A DNA stretch of 63,244 bases, the filler included, from Blastocystis sp. subtype 4 (taxonomy: Eukaryota), in assembly GCF_000743755.1 (NCBI RefSeq). It is 8 parts of 8 records of this genome, joined end to end, with 100 filler letters (N's around TTAATTAATTAA, not from the genome) between each part and the next. Parts side by side here need not be neighbours in the genome. Positions count along the whole stretch, not along the records: positions 32,930 to 39,129 come from NW_014569114.1; positions 39,230 to 45,450 come from NW_014569113.1; positions 45,551 to 56,970 come from NW_014569112.1; 5 more parts are not named here. The stretch is one strand, 5' to 3'. Below are positions 37,001-48,347 of the stretch, piece after piece. The position numbers and the translations under genes are program-made. A model generated the notes under the pieces. It did no database searches. It was given only the letters and a program-made list of their open reading frames with translations, and was not told the origin of the DNA. Positions within the stretch are counted from its first letter, which is position 1; each line of letters opens with the position of its first letter.

Positions 37001-38506
37001 GTAATTGGTTCACATCATCATATCTATGACTCCATAACAGTGACTCTATGGAATACATCTCTGGAGCTCTATGAATCACTTATTGAAGGGAATATATATC
37101 GAGTAACCATGCTTCAAGCACGGAATCCTAGTCGACAAAAGAACTCACTATATTTGTCATCTTCAAATTCAACTCGATGGGACGATATTACAGAGAAATA
37201 CAAAGCGGAGTATGCTCAGCACCCAACTTTCGACTATCAAAGGATCCTCAATTTTTGGACTCCACGTCATGTGAAATCTCTCTCAGAACTCGCAACGTAT
37301 ACTTCAAAGGACTCACTATCTCGATACTGTTGTGACGTTGTTCTTGTATTTTTGATTCGAAGTGAATTGAAGAAACGAGAGATTACGAATGGAGAACAAG
37401 AAGAACAAGGATTTTATGATGTGTGTTTGTGTGACCTATGTGGAAATGTAATGGTTTTGATGGTCCCTGAACGGTATTCATCTGTGTTTGTTAATTTGTC
37501 TTTGGGTTGTGTTTGTTACTTGCGGGACATTCTGTTCCGTGGAACAGATCGTGTTCTTGATTTTCTTAGAGGTGAATTTGGCATGCATTCACGATTAGTG
37601 ACTGCATTGCATTCATCCATCAATGCCGAAACTCGCTTATGGATAGCAGTTGTCAAGGATAGTATCAAGAAACCGATTATGGAAACTGCTCTTCTGGCTG
37701 TAAGAACTGAAATTCGTTTGCTCCTGAATGGGGATCTACCTCCAGCATCTCATCAAGCTCGATTGAAAGTCCGCCTAATGGCTGTTGGATTCTTTGTTGG
37801 TGAAGGAAGAAGGAAGAATCATCCACTCCTTCTCTCCTTTTCCAAAGAGCTTCTCCTTGCTGAACGACAAAGGAAATCATATTATGGATCTGGGAAACGA
37901 AAGAGTATTGGAGGAAATGATGAGAAACGTCGAAAACTGAATTCTGGATTGAGTGAGGTATCGGTTCTGAATACTTCAAACTCCTCTATCCTCTCTGAGA
38001 AAGAACAGGAAATACAAGAAGATACAAACCATTATCGAATTCACGAGTATTTCTTGTCAAAGGGATGCTCATGGGAAGATATTGAAGTGGAGTATCAGTT
38101 CTGTGATTTAACTCGTGGATCCATTGTGACTCCGGTTCTTATTCGTATGAGTCTTTTGAATCCTATTCTCCAGCGGGTATGTGAAGGTGATAGTCGGAAT
38201 GGCTGGAATCTAATGAATACAATCTGTTCAGCATTGGAAACACTTGGATTGAATGAGTTTCATGGATTTGAGTTTGGACGTCAGTCATCTCCGGAAACTG
38301 CTACTGAGTTGTTGATGTGTCTATTGCTTCATTCCTCTGGGGCCCGATGTACTTGTGGCATTTACTTTGACTGGACTGAGGAGCAACGTCAAGCGATTCA
38401 GAATGCTTGGTGTATAGCGTCGAAAGATGTTATATGCATTGTTCGATTAAGAGAAGAATCATCTTCCGATGGTGTAGCCGTGATTGATACTATTGATGTG
38501 GTTTAA
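34046..38506 (+). CDS. BRCA2: BRCA2 homolog
   Basis: Two BRC repeats (FSTASG at ~34766, FGTASG at ~34916); DNA-binding domain IKRLVQRD, IELTDGWY, YNNTRRAVWNSYLGF and tower region; start inferred with two short 5' introns. Confidence 0.9.
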
Positions 38507-38682
38507 TTACTTGTTTCTTAGGAAAATGCAACTACTGTGTTGACTCATCTTATTCTTTAGATGGAATTGAACTCATTATCATATACTGTTTTACAAGGTA
38601 AATGTTACACAATATGAACCCGTTGTCATTACTCCATTCTATCCATCCTGTAATAGTTCAGGCAATGGGCAGCACTTAGAGG

Positions 38683-38940
38683 TGATGAAGATACTGCTGA
38701 ATCGAATGAAATGACAGTGATGACTGATTAATCAGATCTTCCTTCTCTGTCTTCATTTAAGGGAGAAGGCAACATTGTTGTATAGACAAAGTGATATTGG
38801 ATGGTGATGATTGAATTAGACATCCCTTCATTCACTGATGAAGGAATACAGATGAGATGTGCATTTGAGGAAGTGAAAGAATTGGATAGTTATATTGACT
38901 TCTTGATAATGATTGAGATGTTGATTCTCTTGATCGGTTC
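38683..38940 (+). pseudogene. Degenerate relic of the MORN/LRR-like family 3' exons
   Basis: Shares ATCAGATCTTCCTTCTCT, GAATTAGA.AT.CC.TCA...ACTGATGAAGGAATACA and GATG.TGAT.CTCTTGATC with 25707-25933, but with deletions and stops. Confidence 0.7.
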
Positions 38941-39238
38941 GGTAAAGTACCGATTTCCTGAGTCTGCGTAATAAACACTCCGCTTCATTAACTTCCCAAC
39001 AAAAACACAATTCATTATCAAATTCAATTCAAAATAGGACGGTGAGCATCACTCAACTATAGTGCAATATTAAGGACACTCTTGCTAGTATCAATTTAGT
39101 AAACTAAATCAATAACCCGCCCAATTCAANNNNNNNNNNNNNNNNNNNNNNNNNNNNNNNNNNNNNNNNNNNNTTAATTAATTAANNNNNNNNNNNNNNN
39201 NNNNNNNNNNNNNNNNNNNNNNNNNNNNNCTCTTATAG

Positions 39239-39418
39239 AGCCTTGGGAACATGTGATCTATATGGCAGTAGGTGGTTGTTCTTTTTACTATGGAAAGAAG
39301 TTCATTGTATTTGAATTGCTTTGACAGGATAATGGTGTAGGATAAGGAAACAAACTCACTTCGGGACATGATGAAGGATCTGGATAGAGAGAACATTTAT
39401 GGAGAGAAGAGTGAATAG
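39239..39418 (+). CDS. Complex I accessory subunit NDUFC2/B14.5b-like, 3' fragment
   Basis: PWEHVIYMAVGGCSFYYGKKFI|DKETNSLRDMMKDLDRENIYGEKSE*; PWEHV plus TM recalls plant/protist B14.5b. Confidence 0.55.
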
Positions 39419-39594
39419 TCTTTTACTTATTGTTTTATTTGCAAATACGAGGCTTTTTTATGTTGATGATATCCATTTTTCATTATCCCTTAATTTCTGT
39501 ATTAATGTACTATGATGTATGATTATCTATAAGAAATAAGGCAAAAGACACAATGATTCAGTTGAACATTAATTATGTTCTGCTGACACACGAA

Positions 39595-42510
39595 TTACAT
39601 CCTAGGAAACGAATAAATGATTCTTTGTGTTGAATAGCAAATACCCGTCACATTCGTGGAATCCTTATAGATACGATCCAACTTAGCCATATATTCGTAG
39701 CATGCAAGTTGCATGAGCGGCTTCTTGCCGTCATGAATTGAGTTGATGTACCGACTTCGGAGTTTTGAACTAAGTATTAATAACTACAGACTATCATACT
39801 CATGATGAGCAATATCCATGGCAAATGACTGAGTCAGAATATAGAACATATATCCTAGAAGTGATTTAAACATCACGACTGATACCCTGATTCCGAAGGT
39901 TATCGATATACTGGACTTTGTTACATCCATAGTCAACAAAACGCTCATCAAACAATGGAGTAGATGGTAAGTAACGGAGCATCACATAAGGTTCCTGGAA
40001 ACGATTCTGGAAGCACCGTAGTCTAGCAACATGCAATTGAGAAGGAACAAGTTTCCATTCATTTCGAATGTACATCTGGAAGTGAAAGAGTGAAGGTTTA
40101 ATTACATGTGTTTGAGTATTCTTCTTCCTTGTAAAACACATATTCTTATTCAAACACCTTACTAATTGTGTTTTGTTTGTTGGAAAAGCCTTTTCACTTC
40201 TATTTATCAGTTGATAGTACTGCATCTACTCCAATGCACATGAGAGGATTGTAGTGCATCTCTCAAGAATAGGTTCTTTGGCCAAGAAAAACGCAGGTAC
40301 AATAATAGCCGCACTGGCCTGATCCCGGAGTTTCAGAGGAAGCATATGGATTTCTTTGTATAGTGTGGCTACAGTATGATAAGAAAGAGTTAAGAATTAC
40401 GAGCTGGCCACATATCCATATCCATAACCAAGAAGTGGGTAGTAACCACATTCACAATAGCAATGTTCCTCAATTTGTTAACAGGATATACACCCTTCGG
40501 ATCTCGACTTCGACGCGAAATATAGAGAATGATTCGTACACGATCAGGGAGTTTCATTGACTTAATCAATTTAACAGTACTTAAGATTTCCCTTTTGTGT
40601 GTAAATACAGCGATGTTATAGTTTCTAAATATGAAAGGAATAATAATTAAACATACCCTTGCCATCGCTTTAACAAATATGGAATGAATTCCAATCTGTC
40701 TACTCTACATCTGAGATTCGTTTTTCATTCCTACGTAGATGTTGCAACAATAGTGACACTAAATAAAGCAGAATCGGGGTATACAACTACTACTCAATCA
40801 TGGATACTACGACATACACGGATAATGTGCAGTATAAGGGTATTCTTGACTGCCAACAAAGAGTCGACATCCAGCACATTCAGCTAAGTTTTCTGGATTC
40901 TGGTTGAAAACTCTAAACATGTCCTTAGCAGCACGTTCCATCTCTAGGATCAATTCATTCTACTATCCTAACCTTCTGCATTCGTCCAAATCTTTGTGCT
41001 TGGTATCTGAGGAATAACACCTTGCTTTGAAGAAGGATTGGATTGTTTTTGTGTTGTTTTAACCTTTTGTGTACTCTTTGAGAGTTCCTTCTGGAGTTGA
41101 CTGAGTTTCTTAGTTGAAGATTGAGAGGCGTCTTCTTTCCTCTCAGTTTTCTTTCTGTAATTTGTATGATCTTTCTTAGGAATAGTCTTAACAGTTCCAT
41201 AATGTTGCTTCGTAGGTACTACTGATAGTCCTTCTTGAACTGAAGACTTTGGTTTTGAAGACAAGTGGATAAGACTTAATGCGGGGGTTGTTGTTCTTTG
41301 TTCCTTTGGTTCCTCACCTTCCTTCTTCGATTCTACACTTTCTTCCTCAGGTTTTTCACTCTCCTCTTCTTCCTCATCGTTCTCCTCTTCTTCCATTGAC
41401 CCCACAATCTCCTCTTTCACCTCTTTGTCCTTCACTCCTTCGTCCTTCACTTCTTTCTCTGATTCCTCACTCTCCTCCTCTTCCTTCTTTGATTCCACAT
41501 TCTCATTCACTTCTTCCTTAGCTCTTGTGGAAGAGTCAGGTGGAATGGTTACTTTTTCCTCCTCAATCCCTTCCTCCTCCTCATCTTCTAAACTAGTCTT
41601 CTTCTCTACCAAGATCACAGAATGTTCCTTATCCGAATACACTTCATCTTCCTCATTATTATTCACACTCTTCGGATTTTCCTTCTCCAATTGAATTCGA
41701 CTCTTATCCAATGAACGAGCCAATCGAATTTGTTGCAGGAACTGAGCTATTTCTTGACGCTGTCGTCTCATTGTCTCATCGTCTTGACGGTTATACTTAA
41801 GATTGAAGGCCTCTCTGTTCTTAGCATCAATTAGCTCCTCATCGAGAGGAGTTGGAATACTTCTTGAACTATCCGCTTGGAGAGTGGATGAATCATGCTT
41901 TGTAGGCATCACTTTAACCTCTTCTCTTTCGGAATTACCCGAATGCGTTGGCTGTGTATCAATCACGCGAACCGAGTTTTTGTTTGTTTTGGATGGTATT
42001 GGATATACTAAATAGTTTGGTCTCTGCGTTGGCTTCACCAGGATCGGATGAGATGTTCGAATGAAGTTTAATACCGTAGGAATTATCGTTGAAAATAAGG
42101 TAGGAGAGGGACCAGATGTTGGACTCTCTTCTATATTCGTTTGGTCATTACCTTGATCCCCCAAGACATTCATGGAAGGAATCGATGTAGACACAAGACC
42201 TACATGTGATTTACTCCAGTCAACTGAACTTGGACTAACATCCAAACTTGGTTCAGAAGAAACACCTTGTTCATTGCCTTGAGTATTATTGTATTCAAAC
42301 TAATCAATATTCAAAACTCCAACATATTCATACGCTCTGTGGTGACAATGAACTAACTTGTAACTGCCACGTTGAACCTGGATGATTCCAGATTGGATCA
42401 CTAGTATATCACGGAACATAATAATTTAGGTACAATTTCCCAATATTCGTTCTAATCATGTAGACAAGAACACACGTAGCAACAAATAGAAAAAACAAAA
42501 AGCGGTTCAT
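39595..42510 (-). CDS. GT49 (LARGE/B4GAT1-like) glycosyltransferase with long acidic stem
   Basis: N-terminal TM anchor MNRFLFFLFVATCVLVY; YPVNKLRNIAI..THFLVMDMDMWP, QEPYV, FDERFVDYGCNKVQ. Confidence 0.88.
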
Positions 42511-42595
42511 ATTAAAAAAGCACAGAAAACTGAACTAACGATATGAGCCGTGTTTGAAAAAAACAATGCCACTCAACAACAAACATCCTTTAAAA

Positions 42596-44263
42596 CTAAG
42601 TTGACCGATCACTCACACGATAAATCAGGGATAGAATTGTCACTTTTTCCACCATTCCATCTACGAATGAACACAACACATAATTCGAACTTGAAGATGG
42701 AATCAATTGCCGTAACTGTTCCTTCTCAGTACTTGAAAGTTCTCGTTTTAGAATACTGCTGCTGATCTTGAAAAAGTCTGTCATTCGAATACTCTCCTGT
42801 TCTGAAGGGAATGTGTTACTCATATAATCCATAAAAATAGTCTATTCATCAATCAGTATCCCAATATCAACATCGAAATTGTCAATCCCTCGAAACAAAC
42901 TCGATAAGTACTTAGCTGCATTCTCTCTCTTTAATGGACTCCTCCGCATGGTTCGATTACGCAACTGAAAGAACGAATAGAGCATAGCGCAAGAACAAAT
43001 GCTACATATTACTAAAAACAAGAGAACAAACGCCATTCCAGATATTCCATAAAAGACATACGGAGTTGTTTCCAATCCTGATGTTAAATTCATTCCAAAT
43101 ACACTGGTAAAGAAGGTACCCAGAGCAATCGACACTTCAGCAATACCGAGATTCAGATTGAGATTCAAAATCTTATTTCGATAGTTATCCATTGAAATTG
43201 CCGCTAACTCCTGCTTCCCTTCAATGTCTTCTAGATGCATGTCACATTGACGAGCAACATCCGTGTACTATTCTTCATTCAAATACTCCACATATCACTC
43301 GTCTATAGTAGTTTTCAAGAAGGAGTTCAACAGAAAGATGCATTTCTTTTGGTGGCAAATGACCCAACCGGTTCTTCTGCGTCAGGAGTAATTCCAACAT
43401 GTCTTCGTCAGAAGCAATGATATCCTATGTCACAGTTCTATAACGCGTCTACTTGAATGCATTTAGCAATAGCTTCACTGTTGTCTTGTAAGTGACCTAA
43501 TCGAACTTTCAAAGGATGTATTTCCTGATAGACGTCCTAACTAAAAGACAAAGGAGAGAGGTTTACAAAATTGGTATAATTGTCGGTAGTGTAGAGAAGT
43601 TTGTGAGCCATGTGCTGATAAGAGTCCAGCTTATTATATAGATGGTCGCTGTACAGAATCAGAACTCCTTCAAGTGCTTGCAACTCGAATGGAAAGCTAC
43701 CTCCAAATCGTTTCGATTCAATACGAATATAGTCAGCAATATCTCGAGAGATTTTGGAAATAAAAGGATTGTCAATCTATCTGTCATTTTGAATCTAAAC
43801 TCGAACATTAAATATGATCATGGATTCATCTGTCACAATACTACGAATGGAATTGAGATTAATAAGAATTGCTTTATCTCGTGCTAGAATACATGGAGTG
43901 GACCGATGTGTTCCAGGATGAATAGCCAAAAAGTCTCGACCATGAAGCGAGTATTCAGTCATCAACGATGACATAGAACACATCTTTTGTACAATTTCCC
44001 CATTCGAATAAATTCTGTATGTGATCAAGAACTAGAAAAACGACTCATAGGATTTGAAGAGGGAAGAATCATCTTTCATAACCCCTTTCCCTTGGCCCGG
44101 TTTTTGAGAAGTATTATTTGCACTTCTCATCAACTATATTCAAGAATGAAGAAAACCCACTCACTCGCATAGCAAAGGATCGCGTTTGAAGTGATTCCAA
44201 ACTATTAGGATGAAGTAATCGACATGAACTGCATGTAACAGCTCTTTGAATAATACGAAACAT
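42596..44263 (-). CDS. MRS2: MRS2/CorA-family Mg2+ transporter with mitochondrial-type presequence
   Basis: LHGRDF, PCILARDKAILINL, LPFE, ELLLENY, MDNYRNKI, FGMNL; N-terminus MFRIIQRAVTCSSCRLL. Confidence 0.9.
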
Positions 44264-44393
44264 CCTATTTTACGAGTTGTCGCGGAAGAAAGGAACTGAA
44301 GAATTGGAGTTGATTTCTGGAATTCAGGGTTTACTTATCGTACTGATCATTTTATGACATAAAAAGAGTCAAATAATCGTCTGATTGGTATTC

Positions 44394-45210
44394 ATGAAGT
44401 TGGAGGGAAAGAGTGAGATCTACCAGATGGAGGTGTCATTCTTGTTGAAAAAGCTAGATTCGTTGAACGAAGAAGGTAGAGCTATCCAGAAGGAAAAACA
44501 GAGAGTTGATGATGAATTGGCTAACACAAAACTTCAGTGTGAATTAACAACACAAGTGAGTTTGCTATCGACATGTAACGCGCTAGGCCATCTTATCACT
44601 GAAGAAACGAATCGAAGAGACTCCATTAGAAGACGAAGGTGAGGTGATATCCTTCGAAATTGAAGCAGAGTCGATGTTAATGATATGTGTATGACGAGCA
44701 GAAAGAAAAGAGCCGTTATTCAGAATCTTCAGCAGCGAGTTCAGGAGCTGAAACAACAGAAGAAGCAAATGATACAAAGTATCGAAGAAGAGGCGTACAG
44801 ACTATTGCTTTGTTTTATTAAGTGAGGCAATCCACCACGCAACTGTTGAAGGCAAGACTCAATTAGCCCAATCTCAACTACTCACAAAAGAGCGAATCGA
44901 AAAGGAGGAAGTATCACAACAGCAACAGTTGGATCAGCTTAAGCAACAGGTATATGTATCTATGAATCATTATACAGATTTCTCGTCTTCAAGCCGAGGA
45001 TAATACACTCAATGATACAATTAAGAAAGAGAAAGCGGAGTTACAGAATCTAATCACCCTGATCCAATCCGTTCGACGTTCCATTCAAGGTAGAGTCAGC
45101 TGTTATTATATGATATGCAGAATTGGACGAAGAAGTGGACGGAATGTCCCTGAGTATTGCAGACCAAGAAAGCGAAAATGCCGAATTGAAACGATCATTT
45201 CAGCCGTCAT
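44394..45210 (+). CDS. Coiled-coil protein of unknown function
   Basis: Heptad-rich exons joined by ~30-nt introns; 3' end T-TCTC-TGTTTGTT suggests a poly(A)-completed stop. Confidence 0.65.
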
Positions 45211-45551
45211 TCTCTGTTTGTTGACATTTGACTCCAAACATAAATCCAAATGAAGAAACCGAGAATAACGGGGAATCTATCATTTTCGGGTGACTTCAGT
45301 GAAGCGCCGGTTTCTGAGTTTCTGGTGTGAGGGATCATAGTTTTTCTTACGTAGAGGATACAATAATGCTTTCCGCTCGTATCGTGAAGTCTTTCGTTCC
45401 CCTTGCCAGGTATTGGAAGGAGAAGACGTATTAACAACTAGAAACCAGATNNNNNNNNNNNNNNNNNNNNNNNNNNNNNNNNNNNNNNNNNNNNTTAATT
45501 AATTAANNNNNNNNNNNNNNNNNNNNNNNNNNNNNNNNNNNNNNNNNNNNT

Positions 45552-45716
45552 ATTCTGTACAATGGAAAGATGATTGATATTCCTCTCGATCCTAAGGATC
45601 CTTCCAAGCCTGCTGGTCCAGTCACACAGCGTGTGTATGATGAGCTCACGGGTATTCAGCTGGGCGCTCTTCCCAATCCTTTCCCTGAAGATCCTTGGAG
45701 TATTATTGTTGAATAG
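45552..45716 (+). CDS. Branched-chain amino acid aminotransferase, C-terminal fragment
   Basis: ILYNGKMIDIP...AGPVTQRVYDELTGIQLG...DPWSIIVE* typical of BCAT C-terminus. Confidence 0.78.
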   Translation: MLYNGKMIDIPLDPKDPSKPAGPVTQRVYDELTGIQLGALPNPFPEDPWSIIVE

Positions 45717-45800
45717 ATGGGTTATTATGTTTGTTACTAATAAGAGTGATTTAGCTAAGTTTCTTATCAAATACTATCCCCTCACGAAACATTAACACAT

Positions 45801-47484
45801 TTATAGTTCACCTCCATAATACTCTATTGATAAGAGCCAGAACTCAAGATTACCATCAAGCATATCATCTACATAATCTCGAAGTGGGAAGATTTGAATC
45901 TTCTCCTTCACAATTGTAGGCTTTAATCCATCTTGACCCTTATAATAAAAGAAGACAGTTGGATAAGAATCCAGATGAAAATGAAACTAGGTTACAATCA
46001 CCATCAATCTCTACACAAAAATCTGAGTATTTTTCACAATTCATTGTTGCAATTGTAACTCCTCTTACACCCCGCTTTGCCAGAGCAGTCTATTCCTTAC
46101 TTCATATTCTCAAATTTACAAAGACTTCATTGGCTTCTGCACAATGTTCACATTCTGTAACAGTAATGAGTAGAAGGAGATGGTTCTTATTCAGTAGATA
46201 ATCATAGTTCCAAGGAGTTGCAGTGACAAGAGTCTTCCATAGAGTAATCTTCTCAAACTGATGTATCACATTATTACGAGCAGATAATGCTTTGCTTCTA
46301 ATCTCTTATTCTCATTCACTACCTGTACTCTTTGCTTCCAGGACGAGCTGATTTGATCTGCTGCTTAATAACAGAAAGTTCACTGAGAATGGCCGAGTTG
46401 CCTGATAACATGATACTCTTCATCACATTGAAGTAACGAGCTGCTTCTGGTGTAGTCTTTACCATATCTACGACTTCTTTAACTAGTTTCTTTCGATATT
46501 CTTCATCTTCCTAGGATAAAGAGAGATTTCCAGCATTACGATGTTCATGAAGTTATGCGCAATGAGATCCAAATCTCGGGTTCTCCCATAGAGCTCATCA
46601 TAATGACCATCGGACAAGAAACGCGTATTACATTTCTGATTCATGTATGCAATGATGTTTTCACCATGAACACTCGTCAGATTATCATCTATAGCGAACT
46701 GTTCTCCAGGTGCAATAAACCGAAAAGAAGGAACTACATCAACTTCAAAATGACCACAAAGATTAGCATGAAGAGAACAATCTACATATGCAAATAGAGC
46801 ATTTGATGTCGTCTACATGGGAGAGAATAAGAACAAATATACCTTGAAAATGTCTGCAGCCATAAGATAGCCAGCAATGAGATTCTGGCACTTCAGACTC
46901 GCTGGCTTGCAGAAGAGGAGTAGGATATTTCGGCTACTGTACTTCTCCTTTAGGAAAGAATAATTCTGATCATTCAGAAGGAACACAGCCTCACGTTTTG
47001 GAGTATATCCCGTCAATTCTTTGATCCATTCTTCCTACAATAAATAGGGAAACAAATTCACACCGTAGGAATATTCACATTCTTGGCAATGGGGATCTCA
47101 TACCCACGAATAAATACACGATATTGAGGAGTTTCTAGTCGAGAAACAATTTGATATTTATTTTCAAATGCTTCATCCACTCCGCAATTAGAGGCAGCAA
47201 AGATTATCTACATTGGTAGAATATTAACAAATGTACATTGTCATAATCAGAAAAGGTGTAGACCATTTTGTACATGGTATAGACTTCTAAATCACAATTC
47301 AGACAGTCTTTGTTGCTCCACATAGCCACAACAGTAAGATTCTGCTTCAGATACTCCTCGAGAGATTCGGAAGTGAGTGGATTAATACCCCTAGAATGAA
47401 AACAGTCAAGCAATTCTACGATCTCGTATATGCAGTCACATATGAAACGATTAAAAGAAATGCGACGAGCCCGACTCTGTGCAT
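45801..47484 (-). CDS. PDI-like multi-thioredoxin protein with ERp29/ERp38-type helical domain
   Basis: Signal peptide MHRVGLVAFLLIVSYVTA; CLNC and CEHC Trx motifs; NQKCNTRFLSDG..GRTRDLD..AARYFNVMKSI; exact 3' end uncertain. Confidence 0.7.
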
Positions 47485-47645
47485 GGTCTCTATTCTCTCC
47501 AGGAGCTGAGTGAATAGTGGAATAGAATCGTCCCTTTTTTCACAATTGCACTTTTTGGAACTCTCTTATGTTCAGGAATTCTTGATAATCAATTGTCTCA
47601 AGCAAATATACAGGAGAGCCAGTAGTGTATTCGAAGTGTTAAATC

Positions 47646-48308
47646 TATGAGAGCATCAACCGCTATTCTTCTCATTTCACTGTTGGCACTTTGCGTACAT
47701 GTAATTGTGTATTCAAATATATAGAGTGGCTACCCTGTTTCTGATCTCCTTGCAGACAGCCTAAAGACTTCATTCCTTCAGAGTCCTGTTTTGGTTCTTC
47801 TTAGCTATAATACTGTACTCTGAAAAGACGTATATAATCATGTAGATGGTTGATAACTGGAAGAAGCTGAGATCAGATTTTGCTGGTATTGTCGGCACTG
47901 GTTCTTATGGTCTTGATCCTGTGTTCCTGAATGTGTTTCTTTTTTGATATGTTTCATTTACAGAATGACTGCTCGGTCAATCCTCGTATTTGTAGATATT
48001 ATAGAATTGAGAAGTTGCCATCTGTTTTGATTATTCGAAAGGACGGATCTGTGGTGCGCTATACCGATGATATTAACGATAGGTAGATTCGATGCGTGAA
48101 TCTTATGCATAGTTCTTTTCTCACTTTTTTGAGTCGTAATCTCAATAAGCCGTCGGGTTTCGCCTCTCTCTCTCCAATCTACATTCGTGTTGTTCTTCTG
48201 ATCGTTATTATTGTTGCCCTTATCTTCCTTTTCATGAAATCATCGAAGAGTCCTGAAAAGAAGAGTGATATTGAAGAACATGCTCCCCTTGTGGACCATC
48301 CTAAATAA
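47646..48308 (+). CDS. Type I membrane protein with inactive thioredoxin-like fold
   Basis: Signal peptide, DCSVNPRICRYYRIEKLPSVLII, TM segment, short tail. Confidence 0.65.
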
Positions 48309-48347
48309 ACAGTGCAGTTATGTGTTTCTGTTTGTATCAAACACAAG

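Noticed and set aside
44647..44654. ATATCCTT as a possible third minor-intron donor
   Set aside because: Reads in frame as VISFEIEAE, and a canonical 32-nt GT-AG intron just downstream gives a good coiled coil; no convincing branch point or 3' end at 39 nt
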